Part shown: positions 17,166 to 24,336 of the stretch, in pieces
How the letters are laid out: the number at the start of each line of letters is the position of its first letter
Numbering within the stretch: position 1 is the first letter of the stretch
Assembly (NCBI GenBank): GCA_049521895.1
Contig: JBEKOJ010000001.1
Coordinates: 631,114 to 695,113, forward strand
Source: Candidatus Saccharimonadales bacterium
GTDB lineage: Bacteria; Patescibacteriota; Saccharimonadia; Saccharimonadales; UBA10212
Length of the DNA: 64,000 nucleotides
Direction: 5' to 3'
Position numbers and translations under genes: made by a program
Notes under the pieces: model-generated
Database searches by the model: none
Told to the model about the DNA's origin: nothing
What the model saw: the letters and a program-made list of their open reading frames with translations, nothing else

Positions 17166-17297
17166 AAGCCTGAGCGGAGCAGTCGGTAATCCCGCATATT
17201 TTCAGCTCTTTTCGCAATCTGATTGCTAGACTGCTCAAAACCAGGAAAATAAGCGGGACAGGTCAGATTATGGAGCATCAAGATTTTAGTGCTGGGG
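17156..17297. repeat. palindromic repeat family 2, long copy (overlaps the truB stop)
   Basis: CCCCGCTTAAAAGCCTGAGCGGAG ... GGAGCATCAAGATTTTAGTGCTGGGG. The core AATCTGATTGCTAGACTGCTC is shared with the copy at 35533. Confidence 0.65.
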
Positions 17298-17347
17298 TTG
17301 CAAAAATAGCCAAAGTGTGGTAATATTGGTAATATTAAAGAATTAAA

Positions 17348-18121
17348 ATGACTAAAACCGAATTGCCATATTTTGAACGACAACTTCCTATTCGGCCAGA
17401 AGGGCTAGTTAAAAACTACAAAGATGCAGTAAAAGAAAAAGATCGAGTTATTAAAATCGAAGATTTACTAAGGAGAGGCACTTGGCGTGGTGCGCTCGGT
17501 CGAGTGTTTCTTGGCTGGGGGAACGCTAATAGATATAACAATGCCATGGCAGGTCCCGACAGAGAAAGGTCTATTGCTAGGTCCCATGTTAATGCGTCTC
17601 TGGACCTTTATAAAGAACAAGCGAAAAATGAGGCTCGCGCAAAGGGCAAAAATATTGAATTGCTCGAGGATATGCCCCGTAGAAAACGTAAGTATATTGA
17701 ATATCAGCATATGCGCAACGAAGTGAGGGATTTATTGGCTCCACTTATGGACGAATATAATAAGGTTGCTGCTGAGAGTGATCCTTCGGATCATGTATAT
17801 TTCGAGTTCAGTCGTGAAGGTAATAATGAGCTTTCAGAGTTCCATATGTACACCATGCCTTTTACTGATAGCGATGATGGCAGACCCAGTTTTGAGGGCC
17901 GGTTTATAGAGAAGTGGCCACAGAACAAACCTCATAATGACCATGGCAGTTTCCATTACGCCAACTTCGTCCTTAGCGGTCTTGATAATTGGGAGCGTGA
18001 AGAACATGAATTCCGGGCTGCCGAGCGCGTAGTTGAAGCCCTAAAAGATGGGACTATTCATTTTGACGGTGTAGTTAAGCAATCTGACTTAACCCCCAAA
18101 ACTAAAGAAGTAAATCAATAA
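17348..18121 (+). CDS. hypothetical protein (AT-rich accessory ORF)
   Basis: 257-aa ORF with no recognisable motif. Confidence 0.6.
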   Translation: MTKTELPYFERQLPIRPEGLVKNYKDAVKEKDRVIKIEDLLRRGTWRGALGRVFLGWGNANRYNNAMAGPDRERSIARSHVNASLDLYKEQAKNEARAKGKNIELLEDMPRRKRKYIEYQHMRNEVRDLLAPLMDEYNKVAAESDPSDHVYFEFSREGNNELSEFHMYTMPFTDSDDGRPSFEGRFIEKWPQNKPHNDHGSFHYANFVLSGLDNWEREEHEFRAAERVVEALKDGTIHFDGVVKQSDLTPKTKEVNQ

Positions 18122-18144
18122 ACATTGCTAAATCACCTCTGATT

Positions 18145-18153
18145 TGCTATAAT
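18145..18153 (+). promoter_or_regulatory. extended -10 promoter of rpsO
   Basis: TTGCTA-N17-TATAAT with a TGC extension. ATG 18165 is 11 nt downstream. Confidence 0.6.
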
Positions 18154-18164
18154 TGGCCGCAAGA

Positions 18165-18185
18165 ATGATCACCAGTGAGAAGAAG
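18165..18185 (+). pseudogene. ancestral rpsO start (MITSEKK), now separated from the gene body by the element
   Basis: ATG ATC ACC AGT GAG AAG AAG lies directly after the extended -10 TGCTATAAT (18145-18153). This frame runs into TGA at 18294-18296 inside the element. Confidence 0.7.
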
Positions 18186-18342
18186 CCCGGCAGTGAGCTT
18201 TCGAGATTATTCGACTCATCCATGAGGCTTAGCTCGCTGGTGCACCAATCAATAGCAGTAAATCATACGGTCAAGGATGATGTTTATGTCGAATGATGTA
18301 GTTACAGGAGAAGGCGAGCTGACTCGAAAGTCTACTGCCGGG
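18186..18342. mobile_element. 157-bp palindromic MITE-like element (family 1, long form) splitting rpsO
   Basis: CCCGGCAGTGAGCTTTCGAGATTATTCGACT ... CGAGCTGACTCGAAAGTCTACTGCCGGG. Flanked by AAG/AAG. Same length as the 11693 copy, but the 98-bp core is diverged. Confidence 0.85.
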
Positions 18343-18591
18343 AAGGCCAGGATTATATCCGATCTTCAGGCTCACAAAACCGATACCGGTTCGTCCGCAG
18401 TGCAGGTCGGTATTATGACCGAGCGGATTGCCGAGTTGACGGCGCATATGAAGACGCACAAACACGATTTCGCCGCCCGCCGGTCATTGCTGCAACTGGT
18501 CGGCAAACGCAAACGGCTGCTCAAATATATCGCCGCCCAGAGCGGGGATGAGTACCTGGCTTTGATTAAAAAGCTCGGTATTAGACGCTAG
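18277..18591 (+). CDS. rpsO: 30S ribosomal protein S15; its N-terminus is encoded inside an inserted element
   Basis: ..KARIISDLQAHKTDTGSSAVQVGIMTERIAELTAHMKTHKHDFAARRSLL..LGIRR is canonical S15. The probable start is ATG 18286, 8 nt after AAGGA. The ancestral start at 18165 is separated by the 157-bp element. Confidence 0.9.
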   Translation: MMFMSNDVVTGEGELTRKSTAGKARIISDLQAHKTDTGSSAVQVGIMTERIAELTAHMKTHKHDFAARRSLLQLVGKRKRLLKYIAAQSGDEYLALIKKLGIRR

Positions 18592-18596
18592 CACCT

Positions 18597-18714
18597 TAAT
18601 TTTACATTTGTCATTTCACACTTATCATTTATTTATCAGGTGTCATTTCATCAATGATGAATGGTAAATGTCTAAATAAATGTGAAATGTAATCTGTAAA
18701 ATGTTAAATAATCG
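18597..18714. repeat. heptad-periodic AT-rich intergenic hairpin
   Basis: TACATTTGTCATTTCACACTTATCATTTATTTATC ... GGTAAATGTCTAAATAAATGTGAAATGTAATCTGTAAAATG. The left arm has xxCATTT heptads and the right arm has AAATGxx heptads. Confidence 0.8.
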
Positions 18715-18961
18715 TGGGTGATAGAGCACAGCTTTTCGCGAAAAAAGCGAATGGTTGGACCTTGTCACCCAAAGAAAGGCAAACAACAGATATGGCAGAG
18801 ACCAGTAGGCATAACAGTAACTTTTTTCGTATACGAGCGATTCGCTTGGGCGATGCATTGCAATTACCAGGCGAACAAGGTGTATCCAATGGATACATTG
18901 CGGAGCGGTGTGATTGCAATGCGCGTCCAAAGAATTGCGTAGTAGAAAAGGAGTTGCTGGT

Positions 18962-21097
18962 ATGACTACTATCAATCCGTTTGGCAAAAAAATAATTAAA
19001 GTCAGTACTGACTTTTGTGGCCAGGAGCTCAGCTTGGAAGTAGGGCGTGTAGGCTTTAGGACCAGCGCTTCGGTGGTTGCCCGTTATGGCGATACGGTGG
19101 TGCTAGGCACAGCCATGGTGAGCCCGGAAACTGTTCAGGGGCTGGATTATTTCCCGCTGAGCATTGATTACGAAGAAAAATTTTATGCCGCCGGTAAGAT
19201 TAGCGGCAGCCGGTTTATTAAGCGCGAGGGCCGCCCATCTGATGAAGCGATACTGATTGGCCGTTTGATTGACCGCCCGATACGGCCTCTATGGCCCAAG
19301 GGCTATAGGCACGAAGTACAGGGTGTGGCCACTGTTTTGAGCTTGGACCCGGCATTTAGGCCTGATTCCATAGCAATGATCGTTATGTCCGCCGCCTTTA
19401 TGCTAACCGGCGTACCATTTGAGGGCCCGGTAGCTGGTATACGGGTTGGTTTGGTGAATGGCAAACCCAAGGCTTTTGCCAGCGTAGAAGAATTGGAGCA
19501 AGGCGAACTAGACCTGGTGGTAGCCGGCACCAAAGACGGCGTGATGATGGTAGAAGCTGGCGCTCGCGGGGTCAGCGAGGACGCCGTAGTTGAAGCTATG
19601 GAATACGCCCATAAGGCTATTCAGCCAGCAATTGAACTGCAGAATGAGCTGGTAAAAAAGGTGGGAATAACACCTCAGGAATATAAGCTTATATTGCCCG
19701 ACGAAGATATCCAGAAGCAGGTCAATAAGTGGGTAGAAGGCAAAATGGGCAAAGCCCTGCGTGCCCCGTATCCCGAGCGTAATGATTTAGTCTCCGACCT
19801 GCGCCACAAAATGCACGAGCATTTCCGTAGCCAGCTTGGAGAAGAATATGACAAAGAAGTTAAGGCGGAATGGGATGAGGCCTTTGACATGGCCATCCAC
19901 AAGGACGTGCGGGATGGCATCTTAGATGAAAATATCCGGCCCGATGGCCGCAAATTAACGGAGATACGGCCGCTAAGTAGCGAGGTAGCCTTGCTGCCAA
20001 GGGCCCATGGTTCCAGCCTGTTTACCCGTGGTGTTACCCAGGCATTAAATATTGTTACGCTAGCGCCGCTTTCTTATGCACAAATGGTAGACACCATGGA
20101 ACGTGAAGGTGAACGCCGCTACATGCACCACTACAATGCTCCGGGTTACACCGTTGGCGAGGTGCGCCGTCTGGGAGCCCCAGGCCGGCGTGAAATTGGC
20201 CACGGTTATCTGGCAGAAAAGGCGCTGAGTACCGTTTTACCGACCGAAGCCGATTTTCCTTACACCATCCGCTCGGTTACTGAAATTATGAGCCAAAACG
20301 GCAGCACCTCGATGGCGGCAACTTGCTCCTCGTGCATGGCGTTAATGGACGCCGGTGTACCGCTAAGCGCGCCGGTCAGCGGCATTGCTATGGGCTTGAT
20401 GACCGACGGCACAAAAAATGTTATTTTGAGCGACATTGCCGATGCTGAAGATTTTGCCGGCGATATGGACTTTAAAGTAGCCGGTACTGCCAAAGGTGTT
20501 ACAGCCCTGCAGATGGATATGAAAGTCCACGGATTGTCAGTAGCAGTACTTAAAAAAGCCTTAGAGCAGAGCAGGACCGGCCGGGCGGAGATCCTGCAGC
20601 ACATGCTGTCGGTAATTCCTGAACCTAGAGCCGAGATGAGCCCGTACGCACCACGCGTTGAGGCCATTCAAATTAACCCAGAAAAGATCCGCGAGGTTAT
20701 TGGCAAGGGCGGCGAAACTATCAATAAAATAATTGCTGAAACCGGCGCTGAAATTGATATTAAAGACGACGGCACGGTGATGGTCGCCAGCCCTGATAAA
20801 ACCAGCATTGATGCCGCCATCAAATATATCCGCACGCTGACAGCCGAACCGGAAGTTGGTAAAATATATGAGAACTGCCGGGTCGTAAGCGTTTTAGACT
20901 TTGGCGCCTTTGTGGAAATTATGCCGGGCAAAGAGGGCCTGGTGCACGTCAGCGAGATGAAAGAAGAGCGGGTGGAAAAACCAAGCGATGTGGTCAAAGA
21001 GGGCGATCAAGTAACCGTTAAGCTGATAGCGATTGATGACCGTGGGCGTCTGCAGCTATCCATGAAAGCCGCACAGCGGGAGCTTGATAAGAAATAA
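18962..21097 (+). CDS. pnp: polynucleotide phosphorylase
   Basis: Start at ATG 18962 after AAAAGGAG. Two RNase PH domains, then KH (GKGGETINKI) and S1 (GKIYENCRVVSVLDFGAFVEI). Confidence 0.95.
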   Translation: MTTINPFGKKIIKVSTDFCGQELSLEVGRVGFRTSASVVARYGDTVVLGTAMVSPETVQGLDYFPLSIDYEEKFYAAGKISGSRFIKREGRPSDEAILIGRLIDRPIRPLWPKGYRHEVQGVATVLSLDPAFRPDSIAMIVMSAAFMLTGVPFEGPVAGIRVGLVNGKPKAFASVEELEQGELDLVVAGTKDGVMMVEAGARGVSEDAVVEAMEYAHKAIQPAIELQNELVKKVGITPQEYKLILPDEDIQKQVNKWVEGKMGKALRAPYPERNDLVSDLRHKMHEHFRSQLGEEYDKEVKAEWDEAFDMAIHKDVRDGILDENIRPDGRKLTEIRPLSSEVALLPRAHGSSLFTRGVTQALNIVTLAPLSYAQMVDTMEREGERRYMHHYNAPGYTVGEVRRLGAPGRREIGHGYLAEKALSTVLPTEADFPYTIRSVTEIMSQNGSTSMAATCSSCMALMDAGVPLSAPVSGIAMGLMTDGTKNVILSDIADAEDFAGDMDFKVAGTAKGVTALQMDMKVHGLSVAVLKKALEQSRTGRAEILQHMLSVIPEPRAEMSPYAPRVEAIQINPEKIREVIGKGGETINKIIAETGAEIDIKDDGTVMVASPDKTSIDAAIKYIRTLTAEPEVGKIYENCRVVSVLDFGAFVEIMPGKEGLVHVSEMKEERVEKPSDVVKEGDQVTVKLIAIDDRGRLQLSMKAAQRELDKK

Positions 21098-21098
21098 A

Positions 21099-21317
21099 AT
21101 GGCAAGACAAGATGCCAACCAAGTGAATATGCCGGCGTATCTGCAGTATTGGTGGGCCGGGCTGATTACGGTGATCATATTTCTGGTTATATCTTACGGT
21201 TTTGTGTCCTGGGCCATTAATTCGGGTAGTTTATGGCAGTATGTCTTGGCTATAGTGTTCTTTGTCTGGGCTGTCAAAGTATTCGTTCGGGCGGTGCGCC
21301 GGATTTTTAATCGTTAA
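21099..21317 (+). CDS. small membrane protein (two TM helices)
   Basis: 72 aa from ATG 21099. Hydrophobic segments WWAGLITVIIFLVISYGFV and VLAIVFFVWAVKVFV. Confidence 0.5.
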   Translation: MARQDANQVNMPAYLQYWWAGLITVIIFLVISYGFVSWAINSGSLWQYVLAIVFFVWAVKVFVRAVRRIFNR

Positions 21318-21329
21318 TGTTTTAAAAGT

Positions 21330-21977
21330 ATGACTAAACAATCAACTAACGCAGAGCTTCTTGAGAAGATTAAGGCCGATATTTTGGTCCAGAAAATCTG
21401 TCCAGAACTAGCCGCGGGCGCTACTCAGCTGGTATTTGCTGACGGCAATCCGAACGCGGAGGTGGTTTTTATCGGTGAAGCCCCTGGTAAAAGCGAAGAC
21501 GAACAAGGTTTGCCATTCGTTGGGGCGGCCGGTAAGTTTTTGGACGAACTGTTAGCCGGGATCGGCATGAAGCGCCCCGATGTTTACATTACCAATATCG
21601 TAAAATACCGTCCGCCCGAGAACCGCGACCCTTACCCAGATGAAAAAGTTGCCTTTTTGCCGTTTTTACGCCGCCAACTCGAGGTTATTAAGCCTAAATT
21701 GGTGGTGACGCTTGGCCGCCACAGTATGGACGCCTTCTTGCCGAGCCTGCAGATCAGCCAAGTCCACGGCCAACCCAAAAGGTACAAGGGGCAAGTTTAC
21801 CTACCACTGTTTCACCCTGCCGCCGCTCTTTACAATGGCGGTCTAAGGCAAACAATGGTAGACGATTTTTCACGGATCCCGCGCATTTTAACGCAAATTA
21901 CCCGCGTGCCATCCGCCAAGGCGGAGGTGCGAAGTTCTGCTTCCCAAAGTTCTAAAAAAGCCAACAAATTGCTGTAA
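21330..21977 (+). CDS. uracil-DNA glycosylase, family 4
   Basis: VVFIGEAPGKSEDEQGLPFVGAAGKFLDELL and HPAAALYN motifs. Confidence 0.88.
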   Translation: MTKQSTNAELLEKIKADILVQKICPELAAGATQLVFADGNPNAEVVFIGEAPGKSEDEQGLPFVGAAGKFLDELLAGIGMKRPDVYITNIVKYRPPENRDPYPDEKVAFLPFLRRQLEVIKPKLVVTLGRHSMDAFLPSLQISQVHGQPKRYKGQVYLPLFHPAAALYNGGLRQTMVDDFSRIPRILTQITRVPSAKAEVRSSASQSSKKANKLL

Positions 21978-22050
21978 ATAGTGGAAGCTCCAATTATTAA
22001 TGAAACCAAAGTTTTAATAACTAAATCTAAAAAGGAGAAAAATATTTAAA

Positions 22051-24141
22051 ATGAATCCAAAAAACAACAATCAATCAAGGCGTCCGCGCTCACAGCAGAC
22101 GAATAATTCCCGTAGGCGGAACCCCCAAAAAGATGGAGCAATCCGTAATGTCAGCAGGGGGGCGGCTATACGCGCCCAAAAAATGGCAGTCCAAGACGCC
22201 AACCGCGTAGCTAGCCAGTACTTGGACGCGGCTACTAAGCAAACTGACCAGCCCCGCCTGCCAGCCGGCAGGCCGGGGCGTGCCAATGTAGTGGATGACA
22301 GCCCGCGGCTTAGAATTACTGGCCTGGGTGGTATGGATGGCGGCGGCTCTAAAAACATGATAGTCATTGAATATAAAAACGATGCGATTGTCATCGACTG
22401 TGGCAATGATCTGGGCGTGGATTTGCCGGGCATTAATTATGGCATCGCCGACACTACTTATCTGGATCAAATCAAAAATAAAATTCGGGCTTTCGTAATT
22501 ACCCATGGCCACTTGGATCATATTGGCGGGCTACCACATATTTTGCCCAAGTACAACGTGCCAGTTTACGGTAGCCGCTTTACTATTGGCCGGGTGGAAG
22601 AAATTTTCGAAAATTTTGGGCTGCCAATGCCGGATGGCTTTGAGCTGAAAACAGTCATAATGAACGAAACTACGCACGAGCGTCTAAAAATCGGTGAATT
22701 TTTTGTGGAGTTAGTTAGGGTAACACACTCTATACCAGGTAGTACGGCAATAGTAATAGATACACCGCTGGGCAGAATCATAAATAGCGGCGATTTTCGC
22801 TTTGATTCCAATCCGTTAGACCACGAAAAGACTGACATGAACCGCTTTCAGGAACTAGCGCGCGATGGCGTATTAGTTCTGATGAGCGAATCCACTACTA
22901 CCGAGCGCCCGGGCCGGACGCCGTCTGAATCTACTATCGAGCAAAGTTTCATAGATATCATGAGCAATGCCGAGGGCCGTATCTTTGTCGGCCTGTTTTC
23001 CACCAACATGAACCGCGTGCAGATGATTATCAATGCTGCCGTTCACCATGGCAAAAAAGTAGCTATGGATGGCCGCAGCATGATCAGTACGTTGGAGATG
23101 GCGGTCAGGAACGGCTTCATGAAAATTCCCAAAGGTACATTTGTACCGATATCCAGTGTGGCTAATATGAAGGATGACCAAGTGGTGGTGGTCTGCACTG
23201 GTTCGCAGGGCGAGTCCAATTCGGCATTGGTGCGTATGGCCATGGGCGATCACAAGCACATCCAGCTGAAAGAGCAGGACACCGTGATTTTGTCCAGTAC
23301 GCCTATTCCATACAGTGGTAACGACGCTTTGATTCGTGCCATGACGGACGACATGTTACGCAAAGGCGTGCATGTTTACCGTCACGAAACGCATGACGTA
23401 GATAATGTCGGCCCGCTGCATGTCTCTGGCCACGGTAGCCAGGAAGAATACCGCGAGATGATCGAAATGCTAAAACCCAAGTTTTTCATTCCGGTTTATG
23501 GCGACTATACTGCTAAAAAATACCATATTGATTTGGCTATCCAGGCGGGTGTTCCGCGGGCTAACACGATCAATGCCGAGAACGGCGAAGTCATTAGCGT
23601 CAGCGGCTCTAAGATGGAAAAGGATGGCGAAGTACCGCACGGCACGATTCTAGTGGACCAAACCGGCGCCATCGTCAGCACCGTAGTGGTTAAAGACCGC
23701 GTACTGCTGGCCGAAGAGGGCTTGGTGGCAGTCGTTCTGACTGTCGATAAAAAAACCGGCTCGCTGCTCACCAGCCCGGACATCATCAGCCGCGGCTTCA
23801 TCTACATGAAAGATAACGAGGAGTTGATGAATGCCTTTAGGACAGAACTACGCCGTGCGGTGGTGCAGCGCTTCAAGCGGGTAGATTTGGACCGATTTAA
23901 AGCCGAGCTGCGTGATTACGTCACGCACTTTTTGTACGAGCAGACGCAGCGCAGCCCGATTGTCATTCCGGTGGTCAATGTCATTGGCGGCCGGGTAGAG
24001 AAGGGCAATAACGACCTGCATAAAACTGGTGCTAACGGCCAACCGGTGGCTAAAACACCAGAGGAAATTGCTCTTGAGCAGCAGCGACGCTTCGCGCAGA
24101 TGAGGCAACGTCTGCTGAACCAAGACGCCCGCGTCGACTAG
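22051..24141 (+). CDS. rnj: ribonuclease J with basic N-terminal extension
   Basis: Metallo-beta-lactamase motif ITHGHLDHIGG plus beta-CASP and C-terminal domain. About 80 aa of R/Q/N-rich N-terminal extension. Confidence 0.9.
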   Translation: MNPKNNNQSRRPRSQQTNNSRRRNPQKDGAIRNVSRGAAIRAQKMAVQDANRVASQYLDAATKQTDQPRLPAGRPGRANVVDDSPRLRITGLGGMDGGGSKNMIVIEYKNDAIVIDCGNDLGVDLPGINYGIADTTYLDQIKNKIRAFVITHGHLDHIGGLPHILPKYNVPVYGSRFTIGRVEEIFENFGLPMPDGFELKTVIMNETTHERLKIGEFFVELVRVTHSIPGSTAIVIDTPLGRIINSGDFRFDSNPLDHEKTDMNRFQELARDGVLVLMSESTTTERPGRTPSESTIEQSFIDIMSNAEGRIFVGLFSTNMNRVQMIINAAVHHGKKVAMDGRSMISTLEMAVRNGFMKIPKGTFVPISSVANMKDDQVVVVCTGSQGESNSALVRMAMGDHKHIQLKEQDTVILSSTPIPYSGNDALIRAMTDDMLRKGVHVYRHETHDVDNVGPLHVSGHGSQEEYREMIEMLKPKFFIPVYGDYTAKKYHIDLAIQAGVPRANTINAENGEVISVSGSKMEKDGEVPHGTILVDQTGAIVSTVVVKDRVLLAEEGLVAVVLTVDKKTGSLLTSPDIISRGFIYMKDNEELMNAFRTELRRAVVQRFKRVDLDRFKAELRDYVTHFLYEQTQRSPIVIPVVNVIGGRVEKGNNDLHKTGANGQPVAKTPEEIALEQQRRFAQMRQRLLNQDARVD

Positions 24142-24144
24142 GTT

Positions 24145-24223
24145 GAGGTCCGTCCTTGGAAAAGGATAGATAAAACTTTGTGGTTTTAATTTCTTAACTG
24201 TACCTTTTCCAAGGACGGACCTC
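24145..24223. repeat. perfect 21-bp inverted repeat with 37-nt spacer, downstream of rnj
   Basis: GAGGTCCGTCCTTGGAAAAGG (24145-24165) and CCTTTTCCAAGGACGGACCTC (24203-24223). Confidence 0.85.
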
Positions 24224-24239
24224 TTCACGCCTCAGCCGA

Positions 24240-24269
24240 TTGACAACTGAGGCGTGAATGTGTTATAAT
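24240..24269 (+). promoter_or_regulatory. sigma-70-type promoter of ftsK
   Basis: TTGACA (24240-24245), an 18-nt spacer, then TGTTATAAT (24261-24269). The -35 box lies in the loop of an 11-bp hairpin (24225-24257). Confidence 0.6.
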
Positions 24270-24336
24270 TACAACATTGTGCACGTTCTATTAATTTTCT
24301 TATAAACCTTATAGCTTAAGGTATAATCAATCTGTA

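Noticed and set aside
17162-17383. 73-aa minus-strand ORF in the truB downstream spacer
   Set aside because: It lies entirely over the family-2 palindromic repeat and an AT-rich promoter region, and has no RBS.
18643-18987. Four small ORFs (64-114 aa, both strands) between rpsO and pnp
   Set aside because: They cover the heptad hairpin and the structured pnp leader. They have low-complexity translations and no start signals.
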